This document shows positions 21,839 through 31,575 of a stretch of 64,000 nt of DNA, piece by piece. The stretch lies in contig CAWKBC010000027.1 of NCBI GenBank assembly GCA_963847705.1, positions 608,001 through 672,000 on the forward strand, given 5' to 3'. Under the pieces are notes generated by a model. The model saw nothing but the letters and a program-made list of their open reading frames with translations. It did not search any database and was not told where the DNA came from. This DNA comes from an uncultured Pseudomonadota bacterium (GTDB lineage Bacteria > Myxococcota_A > Polyangia > Fen-1088). Positions within the stretch are counted from its first letter, which is position 1; each line of letters begins with the position of its first letter. Both the position numbers and the translations under genes were made by a program.

Positions 21839-23940
21839 GATCGCCGATTCTGGACGTCGGTCCCGTCGGTCCCGATCTGCAGGCCGGTCCCCCCTGCGAT
21901 CTGAGGCAGCGCCGCGGCGAAGCGCGCCTCCTCGGCGCGAAAGTCGTCGGCGAACAGGGTCGCCACCGTGGCCGCGGCGGCGGCCGCGCCGCCCGAGGTG
22001 TGCGGTGCCAGCGCGGCGGCGAACTCCGCGGCCGTCTGGTAGCGCCTGTCCGGGTTGACCTCCAGCGCCTTGGCGACGATCGTGGCGCAAGGGGCGGGGA
22101 GGGCGGCGATGCGCGCCAGCTCCTCGGGGCCAGGGCCCGTCGCCGCCTTCACCAGGAGCTCGTAGGTGGTCTCGCCGCGGTAGAGGACCTCGCCGGTCAG
22201 GCAGTAGTAGATGACCAGGCCGAGCGAGAACAGGTCGGCGCGCCCGTCGATGCTGGTGCCGCGCGCCTGCTCGGGCGACATGAAGCTCACGTTCCCCTTC
22301 ACCACGCCGTGCTGCGTCTTGGTGACCCGCCCCTCGGCCTTCACGATGCCGAAGTCGAACAGCTTCACCTCGCCGCGCGCCGACAGGAGGATGTTGCTGG
22401 GCGAGACGTCACGGTGGACGATGCCCATGGGGCGCCCGCTGTCGCTCAGCTTCGAGTGCGCGTACTCCAGCGCCAGCAGCGTCTGCGCCGCCACGTAGAG
22501 GATGGTGGTGACGGAGGCGGGGTGCTGCAGCCGCTCCAGCGAGCGGGTGGTGATGCGCCCCATGTCGCGCCCGAGGATGTACTCCTGCGCCAGGTAGTAC
22601 TCGTCGCCGACCTTTCCGAAGTCGAACACCGGGATGACGTTGGAGTGAACCAGCGTCGAGCCGAGCTTGGCCTCGTCGATGAACTGCGCCACCACGGCCG
22701 GATCGCGCGACAGCTCGGCGCGCAGCCGCTTGACCACGAAGGTGCGGCGGAACCCCTCGGCGCCGAACGTCACCGCGGTGAAGACCTGCGCCATCCCCCC
22801 TTCGCCGAGCAGGTCGAGCAGCAGATAGCGGCCAAAGGTGGCGGTCCAACCCGAGCGAGGGATCTCCGCCCCGGCGCCATGGAAGTCGGTCGCGGCGTCG
22901 CCCAGCGCGGGGCGCGTGGCGCGGCCCATCGAGCCCGGCAGTTGCCGCTTCGGATCGCCGAGACCCTGGCGCGTGCGGAACACCGGGGAGCCAGGCCCGG
23001 TCGGAGAGCGCCCTTCCGGCGACGCCGCCCCGGAACCGCTGTCGGCGTCGCCCGCCTTGTCTTCCTTGCGCCGCAGCCCGAAGACCAACCCGCCGAGCGC
23101 CAGCACGCCGGCCACCGACCAGATGGCGGCGGTGGTGGCCAGGGCCGTCCCCTCGGCGTCGTGCGCGGCGGCTGCGCCCCCCCCGAACGTCCAGAGCCAG
23201 AGCCCGGGGACGACGGGGCTGACCGCTGCGGCCCAGATCTCGCCGGAGGTCCCGGCTGGCGGCTGGTAGATCGGTCCTCGCCCCTCCGAGCCGATCGCGG
23301 CGTGGAGCAGCTCCCGCTCGGGCTCGGCGCCGGCCTCGAGCACGGCGTGGGTGCCGTCGGAGAGCAGGAGCGGCGCCTGGGCCTTCTCGGCCAGCTTCCG
23401 GATCGCCACGTCGTCGATCGGCTTGGCCAGCAGCAGCACGGCCGGGACCTGCTTGTCGGGCAGATCGACGCCGGCGGCCGCCGCCGCGAAGGGCCACCCT
23501 TTCCCCATCACGATCTGGGCGACCACGTCGTGGTCCTCGCGGGCCTGTCGAATGAGGAGGTCGGAGGCGAAGTCGGCGTTCTTCATCCCCTCGATCACGT
23601 CGAGCTTGTCCCCCTCGAAGGCGACGGCGTAGACCTTGAACGCGCTCCGGTAGGGCTCCCACCACTCCTCGGTGCGAAACAGATCCTGCAGCGTGGCGGC
23701 GTCGGCATTCCCCCGCAGGGCGGCGACGAGGCGCGGGTTGGAGGCGGCGTTTCGCGCCTCCAGCTTCAGCTCGCGCACCTGGGTCGTCAGCGCCTCGGTG
23801 GCCCGCATGCCGTTCGACTCTGCGACCCGGGCCGCCTCCTGCCGGACCGCCCGCGCCCGGTTGGTCTCGACGACGTGCGCGACGGCAAACGCCAGCGCCA
23901 GCACGGCGCCTGCAAAGAGCAGCGCGAGGGCTCTTTTCAC
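21835..23940 (-). CDS. Transmembrane Ser/Thr protein kinase (N-terminal extracytoplasmic domain, C-terminal kinase)
   Basis: LGEGGMA, VVKR, HRDVSPSN, DFG, MSPEQ, DLFSLG; two TM segments in the N-terminal half. Confidence 0.9.
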   Translation of the reverse strand: MKRALALLFAGAVLALAFAVAHVVETNRARAVRQEAARVAESNGMRATEALTTQVRELKLEARNAASNPRLVAALRGNADAATLQDLFRTEEWWEPYRSAFKVYAVAFEGDKLDVIEGMKNADFASDLLIRQAREDHDVVAQIVMGKGWPFAAAAAGVDLPDKQVPAVLLLAKPIDDVAIRKLAEKAQAPLLLSDGTHAVLEAGAEPERELLHAAIGSEGRGPIYQPPAGTSGEIWAAAVSPVVPGLWLWTFGGGAAAAHDAEGTALATTAAIWSVAGVLALGGLVFGLRRKEDKAGDADSGSGAASPEGRSPTGPGSPVFRTRQGLGDPKRQLPGSMGRATRPALGDAATDFHGAGAEIPRSGWTATFGRYLLLDLLGEGGMAQVFTAVTFGAEGFRRTFVVKRLRAELSRDPAVVAQFIDEAKLGSTLVHSNVIPVFDFGKVGDEYYLAQEYILGRDMGRITTRSLERLQHPASVTTILYVAAQTLLALEYAHSKLSDSGRPMGIVHRDVSPSNILLSARGEVKLFDFGIVKAEGRVTKTQHGVVKGNVSFMSPEQARGTSIDGRADLFSLGLVIYYCLTGEVLYRGETTYELLVKAATGPGPEELARIAALPAPCATIVAKALEVNPDRRYQTAAEFAAALAPHTSGGAAAAAATVATLFADDFRAEEARFAAALPQIAGGTGLQIGTDGTDVQNRRS

Positions 23941-24008
23941 CCGGCGATTCTTTCTCGCACCGGTCGCCGCGTCAACTCATGGTCCGCGCCGGCGAGGTTT
24001 CGCGCGGC

Positions 24009-25061
24009 TCAGGGCGCGGCGAGCAGTTTTTGGGCGTCGGCGATCAGCTGTGCGCCGTTGTGCAGCTTCAACCATCCGGCGGTGTGCTCCGTGCGGGCGT
24101 AGACGTCGGCACCCGAAGGAGGCTCGGAGGCCGTCTCTTCGGAGACCCCGGGGGACTCTTCGCGCGCCAGCTCCATGTAGCCGATGGAGCTCTTGCCCTC
24201 GAAGTACTCGACCCGCAGGACGACGGTCGGCTTGCCGCCCGCCGGCTCCTCACCGCGCCCCAGGATGTCGGAGGGGAACGCGCGCCAGACGGCGTCGTGC
24301 CAGTTCTTGGCCATCTGATCGCGTTTGTCCGGGGTCTTGGCCGGCGCGAAGCCGGCCTTGGCGCGCGCCTCGCGATCGAGCTGGAGGTACTCTTTCGACC
24401 TGTCGCCCGCGGCGAGCACCATCCGGTCGAAATCCCCCGGCTCGAAACCGTGCAGGCGGCGGTCGACCAGGTGGTTGGGGTTCTGGAGATCGGCGAGCAT
24501 CCCGCGCGGCATCAGGTAGACGTGCCCGTCGCCGGTGTCGCGCAGGAAGGCCTCGCCGCCGGTGGCCTTCTCGGGCTGTCCGATGACGAAGTGGTGGACC
24601 TCCCCCTTGACCGTCACGTCGAGCTTGCGGGTCGTCGCATCGAGGCCCAGCTCTTTGAGCTTGGCCCCGTCGAGCTGTCCGAACGCCCGCGGCGAGATCA
24701 GCGGCGCGAACTGGTCGAGCACCTTCGTGGCCTGCTCGCTGCCCACCAGATCGCGCGGAGGGGCGGGGGGGGCTGGCTCCTTGGGCTTGGTCTCGGGCTT
24801 GGCCTTGGCGTCGGGCTTGGGCGTCTCCGCCGCCGGCACCAGGTGAATCCAGACGGGCACGTCCTTGTCGCCGTGGCCGCGCTCGAAGTCGACGGCGTTG
24901 TGCTCGTCCGCGTAGTGGACGTGGGTGACCTCGATCTTGGTCGCATCGATCACCGTCACCGAGCCGGGCGCGTGCTCCGGCTGGCGCTGCGAGGTGACGA
25001 GCGCGGCCAGGAGGCCGATGGCGGCCAGACCTCCCTGCGTCGCTGCCGCGCGGCCGGTCAC
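24009..25061 (-). CDS. DUF4340-like membrane-anchored protein of Gld-type ABC operon 1
   Basis: LKELGLD, position after GldG-like gene, GTGA coupling; the ORF-track 969-aa version is over-extended. Confidence 0.65.
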   Translation of the reverse strand: MTGRAAATQGGLAAIGLLAALVTSQRQPEHAPGSVTVIDATKIEVTHVHYADEHNAVDFERGHGDKDVPVWIHLVPAAETPKPDAKAKPETKPKEPAPPAPPRDLVGSEQATKVLDQFAPLISPRAFGQLDGAKLKELGLDATTRKLDVTVKGEVHHFVIGQPEKATGGEAFLRDTGDGHVYLMPRGMLADLQNPNHLVDRRLHGFEPGDFDRMVLAAGDRSKEYLQLDREARAKAGFAPAKTPDKRDQMAKNWHDAVWRAFPSDILGRGEEPAGGKPTVVLRVEYFEGKSSIGYMELAREESPGVSEETASEPPSGADVYARTEHTAGWLKLHNGAQLIADAQKLLAAP

Positions 25062-26956
25062 GACGTCGCTCCTTGCGTCGCGGCAGGCGCGCTCGGTGCG
25101 CCGGGCGCCGTCGGGCGCTTCCTGCGGCGCGTCTTCCCGCGGGTCTTGCGGGTGACCATCACGCCGGCCGCCAGCACCAGCGCGGGTCCCAGGAAGATCG
25201 TCCCGTAGAACCAGATCACGTCCTGCTTGCGGGTGTGCGAGATCGGGGCGTCCGCCTCGGTCGAGGTCATGCCGGTGAAGGCCTCGTCGCCCATCAGCCA
25301 GTGCGAGACGTCGACGGCCAGCAGCTGGTTGGCCCCGACCGGCAGCGCCTCGTCGTCGAAGAGATCGGAGTCGGCCAGCACGAACACCCGGGCGTCCTTC
25401 TTGACCGCGGTGGCGGCCACCTCCCAGGCGCGGCGATCCTCGCCGGGGTCTGGCTGGAAGTTGCCGTTCTTGTCGGCCCACGTGGCGTGGTGCGCCTTGA
25501 TCGGCGAATCGACGGTGACGCCGCTCTTGGCGGTGCGGTTGGCGTTGATCCAGCCGGCGCCGGGCAGAATGATCGGCGCGCGCACGCCCAGGTGCTGCAG
25601 CGTGGTCACCGAGGGATGCGAGCTGTAGGTGACGGTGATCAGGTTCGCGCGGTCGTTGTCCTGGTGGGTGCGGCGGGCGAAGGCCTGGTCGTTGGCCAGC
25701 ATCACGTCGTGGTACTCGAGATCGAGGGGCTTCAGCACCTCGGGCATGGTGACGTGGTTCTCGGGATCGAGCGCGATGAGCAGCCGCCCGCCGCGATCGA
25801 TGAAGCGGTTGAGCGCCGCCGACTCCTCGGGCAGGAACGGCTTCTGGGGGCCCATCACCATGACCACCGTGACGTCCTTGGGGACGTCCTGCATGAGGCC
25901 GTCGGCCGCGCCCAGGTAACGGAAGTCGTAGTTCTGGTCGGCCAGCACGTCCCGGAAGGTCTTGATGCCCGGGCGCTTGTCGGTGTCGTTGGCCGGCTTC
26001 TCCCAGTTTCGCTCGCCGTGCCCCTGCGTGAAGGCGACGGTGCGGGGCGGCTTGACCATCAGCATGAGGCGCTGCTGGACCTCCTTGTCCAGCGTGCGGA
26101 GCGCGGTCTTCGCGCTCTCGAGCTCGCGCGGCAGGCCGAGCTGCTCGTGGCGCGGGCCGCGCACGAAGACGATCACCCCGTTGCTGGAGATGCCGTACTC
26201 CTTGGCCTTCACCGGGTCGATGTCGAAGTCGTAGTGGGTGAGCTTGAGCTGGCCCGACTCGCGCGCCAGATCCTGCATGTAGTTGTCGACCTCTTCGCGG
26301 ACCTCGCTCCCCTCGGGGAAGAACACCGCGACCTCGATCGGCTGGTCGAGGTTGCGGACGATCCGGCGCGACACCTCGCCCGGCCGGGTGGTGCGGAAGT
26401 AGGCCAGGTCGACCTTCTTGTCGCGCTCCGAGGCGACGTAGACCGCCGCAAAAGCGAACACCATGGCCGCCGCCAGCCCGAGGCCGGAGTACATCGCGCC
26501 GCGGACGCGTCCCACCTCGATCTTGGGGGCGCGGGCGATCTGCGCGTAGGACATCTCGATGAGAACGATCGGCCAGGCGGCGGCCAGCCAGAGCGCCGGC
26601 CAGAGCGCCGCCAGCGCCGTGGCCAACCGCGGCCAGCCGTGCTCGAGCGGCTTCGCCTGGCCCAGCACCGTCGGCAGATCGGACTGCGCGAAGTAGAGCG
26701 CGACCGCGAACAGGCCGAGCCCGTAGAGCCCGAGCAACATCCGCTCGACCTTGCGGCGATCGGGCGCGGCGCTGGCGGCGCGGCCGGCGCGCACCACCAG
26801 CGCGGCGATCACCAGCAGGAGCCCTCCGACCGTGGCGACCGCCCGTCCGCCTCCGGCGCCGATCATCCGCTCGCCCAGGAACACGGCCAGCATCCCGGCC
26901 GCCCACAGCGCCGACCACCGCGCCGACGGCCGCGCCGGAACGGTCATCGCCGTCAT
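25058..26956 (-). CDS. GldG-like ABC-transporter accessory protein with extra N-terminal TM helices
   Basis: VAFTQGHGE, VMGPQKPF..E...L..FI.RGGRLLIALDP, VLADSDLF, N.LL. Confidence 0.8.
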   Translation of the reverse strand: MTAMTVPARPSARWSALWAAGMLAVFLGERMIGAGGGRAVATVGGLLLVIAALVVRAGRAASAAPDRRKVERMLLGLYGLGLFAVALYFAQSDLPTVLGQAKPLEHGWPRLATALAALWPALWLAAAWPIVLIEMSYAQIARAPKIEVGRVRGAMYSGLGLAAAMVFAFAAVYVASERDKKVDLAYFRTTRPGEVSRRIVRNLDQPIEVAVFFPEGSEVREEVDNYMQDLARESGQLKLTHYDFDIDPVKAKEYGISSNGVIVFVRGPRHEQLGLPRELESAKTALRTLDKEVQQRLMLMVKPPRTVAFTQGHGERNWEKPANDTDKRPGIKTFRDVLADQNYDFRYLGAADGLMQDVPKDVTVVMVMGPQKPFLPEESAALNRFIDRGGRLLIALDPENHVTMPEVLKPLDLEYHDVMLANDQAFARRTHQDNDRANLITVTYSSHPSVTTLQHLGVRAPIILPGAGWINANRTAKSGVTVDSPIKAHHATWADKNGNFQPDPGEDRRAWEVAATAVKKDARVFVLADSDLFDDEALPVGANQLLAVDVSHWLMGDEAFTGMTSTEADAPISHTRKQDVIWFYGTIFLGPALVLAAGVMVTRKTRGKTRRRKRPTAPGAPSAPAATQGATS

Positions 26957-27674
26957 TTCCACCTCCGGCTCTCCATCACCCGGGTCGCCGAGAACAGCGC
27001 CACGTAGGTGACCATCAGATAGTAGACGACGTCACGCAGGTGGACGGAGCCCGACTGAAAGGGGGGGAAATGCTTGCCGTGGAAGGCCAGGGCCACGAAC
27101 ACGTCATTGAGAGGGCGCTCGGTCACCTGGCCGAGCATCCAGCAGACCACCAGCGCCAGGGTGATGCTGGCCGAGAAGATCACGGCCAGGACCTGCGTTC
27201 GGGCGATGGCCGAGCCGAAGGTGCCGATCGCCAGCGCGGCGCCGCCGATGAGGAGCAGGCCGAGGTACCCGGCGGCGAGGTGGCCGACCGAGATCTTGCC
27301 GTTCACCAGGACCAGCAGCGGCATGTAGATGCTGCAGGCCAGGACCAGCGCCAGAAAGATGAACGCGGAGAGAAATTTGCCGAGAACGATCTCGTAGTCC
27401 TGGATCGGCGAGGAGGTCAGGAGGACCAACGTTCCGGTCTGGCGTTCCTCGGCCAGGAGGCGCATCGAGAGGAAGATGCTGGCGATGACGGCCAGCCCGC
27501 TGGTGTAAAAGAAGAACCGGCTCACCACCTCGGCCGACAGCTTGTCGGGGCCGCCCAGCGCCAGGACGTTGAACAGGAGCCCGTCGACCAGCAGCATGAT
27601 CGCGGCGATGATGTAGCCGGTCAGCGACCGGAAGTAGGCGCCCAGCTCGCGGCGCGTGATGAGGAGGGTGGCGT

Positions 27675-27678
<4 letters not shown>
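26953..27678 (-). CDS. ABC-2 permease (GldF-like)
   Basis: RRELGAYFRS, SMRLLAEERQTGT..L.TSP, IVLGKF, ESRRWK. Confidence 0.88.
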
Positions 27679-28610
<932 letters not shown>

Positions 28611-28737
28611 GAGGGCGTGGGGGCGAAGCAGAGGTGGGCGAAGCGGAGGGGCCAGAATTATGCACGAAGTCTGGTGGGCGTAAAATCCTGGAACGGGTCG
28701 TCTTATTCCCAGCCCAATGTGCTAGCTTGCTCCCGCC

Positions 28738-30132
28738 ATGTGTGGGGTGATCGGAGTCTTTGGACACCCGGAAGCGGCGAACCTGGCCTACCTCGGCCTG
28801 TACGCCCTCCAGCACCGTGGGCAGGAATCGGCCGGCATCGTGTCCACCGATGGTGAAAAGCTGCGTTCCGTGCGGGAGATGGGGCACGTCAACGACATCT
28901 TCACCGCCGACCGGCTCAAGGAGCTGCCGGGCCACGCCGCCATCGGGCACGTGCGCTACTCGACCGCGGGGGACTCGTCCAAGCGGAACGCTCAGCCGAT
29001 CGCCGTCGACTACGCCGGCGGGTCGGTGGCGCTCGGCCACAACGGGAACCTCGTCAACGCGGTCGAGCTGCGCGAACGGCTGGAGGCGGCCGGCGCCATC
29101 TTCACCACCACCTCCGACACGGAGGCGATCGTCCACCTCATCGCCCACTCGCGTGAGCGGACGCTCCCCGAGCGGGCGGCCGACGCGCTTCGCCAGGTCC
29201 GTGGCGCCTACTCGCTGGTGTTCCTGACCGAGGATTCGGTGGTCGCGGTGCGCGATCCCATGGGCTTCCGCCCGCTGGCGATCGGCAAGACCAAGGACGG
29301 CACCTGGATCGTCTCCTCCGAGACCTGCGCCTTCGAGCTCTTGGGGGCGGACTTCGTGCGCGACGTGGCCCCGGGCGAGATGGTGATCATCGATCGCAAC
29401 GGCCTGCGCAGCGAGCACCCCTTCGGCACCGAGCAGAACCACCGCTGCGTCTTCGAGTGGGTCTACTTCGCGCGCCCCGACTCGAGCATCGACGGCCGGT
29501 CGGTCTACCGCGCGCGCGAGCGGATGGGGCGCCGGCTCTCCATCGAGCACCCGGTCCCCGCCGACGTGGTCATCCCGGTGCCCGACTCGGGGGTGGCGGC
29601 CGCCATCGGCTACGCCCGCGAAAGCGGCATCCCCTACGACCAAGGCCTGATGCGCTCTCATTATATGGGCCGCACCTTCATCGAACCCTCCCAGCAGATT
29701 CGACACTTCGGCGTGAAGCTGAAGCTGTCGCCCGTGCGAGAGGTGCTGGCCGGCAAGCGGGTGGTGGTGGTCGACGACTCCATCGTCCGCGGCACCACGT
29801 CACAGAAGATCGTCGGGATGATTCGCGGCGCCGGCGCCCGTGAGGTGCACATGCGGATCAGCTCCCCACCCACGGTCGGCCCCTGCCGCTACGGGATCGA
29901 CACCCCGACCAGCGAGGAGCTCATCGCCTCGGCGCACACGACGGAGGAGATCCGGAAGTACGTGGGCGCCGATTCACTCGGCTACCTCTCGCTCGAGGGG
30001 CTGTTCGCCTCCGTGAACGGCGTCCGCGAAGAGGGGCAGGGGGGGTTCTGCGACGCCTGCTTCTCCAACAACCAGCCGATCAACATCCAGCAGCCGGCCC
30101 GGCTGCGGCAGCTCCGGCTGATCAGCGCCTAG
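28738..30132 (+). CDS. purF: Amidophosphoribosyltransferase
   Basis: N-terminal [39 protein letters not shown], Fe-S Cys FCDACF. Confidence 0.97.
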   Translation: MCGVIGVFGHPEAANLAYLGLYALQHRGQESAGIVSTDGEKLRSVREMGHVNDIFTADRLKELPGHAAIGHVRYSTAGDSSKRNAQPIAVDYAGGSVALGHNGNLVNAVELRERLEAAGAIFTTTSDTEAIVHLIAHSRERTLPERAADALRQVRGAYSLVFLTEDSVVAVRDPMGFRPLAIGKTKDGTWIVSSETCAFELLGADFVRDVAPGEMVIIDRNGLRSEHPFGTEQNHRCVFEWVYFARPDSSIDGRSVYRARERMGRRLSIEHPVPADVVIPVPDSGVAAAIGYARESGIPYDQGLMRSHYMGRTFIEPSQQIRHFGVKLKLSPVREVLAGKRVVVVDDSIVRGTTSQKIVGMIRGAGAREVHMRISSPPTVGPCRYGIDTPTSEELIASAHTTEEIRKYVGADSLGYLSLEGLFASVNGVREEGQGGFCDACFSNNQPINIQQPARLRQLRLISA

Positions 30133-30160
30133 GCGCGCAGGCGGAACGAAGGGCCCGTTC

Positions 30161-30796
30161 GTGGCGACGATCGCCGATTCGGTCGAGGTGGTCGAGGGGC
30201 CGTCGCCGGATGCCGAGGCGCTCGACGCCCGCATCGAGGAGCTGCGGCGGCGTTTCCCGCGCGCGGTTCTCGACCGCTACCTGGCGCTGTTGCCCTCGAT
30301 GGGCGCGCGCGTCCTCATCGCGCCCGGCGCCGCGGTGGTCGGCGACGTCCGGCTGGCCGACGACGCCTCGGTCTGGTACGGCTGCGTCCTGCGCGGCGAT
30401 CTGGCGCCCATCACCGTCGGCGCCCGGACCAACGTCCAGGATGGGACGGTCCTTCACGTCGCCGACAACGGTCCGTGCATCATCGGCGCCGACGTCATCG
30501 TCGGCCATCGCGCCATGCTGCACGCCTGCCGCGTCGACGACGCCTGCCTCATCGGCATGCAGGCGACGGTGCTGGACGACGCCGTCATCGGCGCCGGCTC
30601 GGTCGTCGGCGCGGGCGCCCTGGTCACCCAGCGCACGGTGATCCCGCCCCGCAGCCTGGTGCTGGGCGTCCCCGGCAAGGTGGTCAAGACCCTCACCGAC
30701 GCAGAGGAGAAGTTTCACCGCGCCCACGCCGCCAAGTACGTCCGCCTGAAAGAGAACTACCTCCGCGACGCGCTCCGGGGCGACCTGCCGCGCTGA
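30161..30796 (+). CDS. Gamma-carbonic-anhydrase/YrdA-like hexapeptide-repeat protein
   Basis: VLRGD, TNVQDG.VLH, VGH.A.LHAC. Confidence 0.88.
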   Translation: MATIADSVEVVEGPSPDAEALDARIEELRRRFPRAVLDRYLALLPSMGARVLIAPGAAVVGDVRLADDASVWYGCVLRGDLAPITVGARTNVQDGTVLHVADNGPCIIGADVIVGHRAMLHACRVDDACLIGMQATVLDDAVIGAGSVVGAGALVTQRTVIPPRSLVLGVPGKVVKTLTDAEEKFHRAHAAKYVRLKENYLRDALRGDLPR

Positions 30797-30864
30797 TTCG
30801 AAGGCGGCTCTGCGGCCCGTCGTCGTTCACCCGCACGCTGTTCCAAAGCGGGTAAACTGAGATT

Positions 30865-31080
30865 GTGCCAGCGGCAGAGCCTCTCGACGACGCCACGATC
30901 CTTCGCCGGTACGGCATCGAGCCTGACCCGGTGATCGAGGCGTACAAGAAGGACGTGGATCGGACGCTGCTCCGCGAGAACCTCAGGCGAACACCGGAGG
31001 AGCGATGCGAGAATTTCTTGCGCATGTACCATCTGGCCGAGGAGATGCGTCAGGCGGGAGCGAGGGCGCGTGGCCGTTGA
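30865..31080 (+). CDS. Small helical protein, putative antitoxin/partner of the downstream nucleotidyltransferase
   Basis: 71 aa, DPVIEAYKKDVDRTLLRENLRRTPEER; overlaps next gene by 11 nt; TAAACT 6 nt upstream. Confidence 0.65.
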   Translation: MPAAEPLDDATILRRYGIEPDPVIEAYKKDVDRTLLRENLRRTPEERCENFLRMYHLAEEMRQAGARARGR

Positions 31081-31564
31081 TTTCTCCGGGGTCGTCGGCC
31101 TCCTGACTGGAGCCGGAGTCGAGGTGATCGTCATCGGTGGGCTCGCGGCGCAGGCGCACGGATCGTCACGGATCACGCAAGACTCGGACTTCCTTTATCG
31201 CCGCACGAAGGAGAACATCGACCGTCTCACTGCGGCGCTTGCCCCTCACGATCCGTACCTGCGCGGGGCGCCGCCAGGGCTGCCCTTCCGTTTCGATGCA
31301 CGGACGGTCGAGCGGGGGCTCAACTTCACCCTGGTTACGACCCTCGGGGACATCGATCTGCTGGGCGAGGTGAGTGGTATCGGCAACTATGAGGCCGTCG
31401 TGACGCATGCGACGGCGTTGGCGGTCTTTGGATACCAAGTCTTGGTCATAGACCTGCCCTGGCTGATTCGTTCCAAACGCGCCGCGGGTCGGCCCAAAGA
31501 TCTCGAGGCGATCGCCGAGCTCGAGGCGCTGCTTGCCGAACGTGAACGCTCCCGCAGCGGCTAG
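31070..31564 (+). CDS. Pol-beta-superfamily nucleotidyltransferase, putative toxin
   Basis: VIGGLAA..HG..R.T.DSD motif, DIDLL, C-terminal K.AAGRPKD. Confidence 0.75.
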   Translation: MAVDFSGVVGLLTGAGVEVIVIGGLAAQAHGSSRITQDSDFLYRRTKENIDRLTAALAPHDPYLRGAPPGLPFRFDARTVERGLNFTLVTTLGDIDLLGEVSGIGNYEAVVTHATALAVFGYQVLVIDLPWLIRSKRAAGRPKDLEAIAELEALLAERERSRSG

Positions 31565-31575
31565 ACTTTGAGACC

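Noticed and set aside
25062-26918. 969-aa ORF extension of the DUF4340 gene
   Set aside because: Arg/Gly/Pro-rich alternate frame overlapping the GldG-like gene
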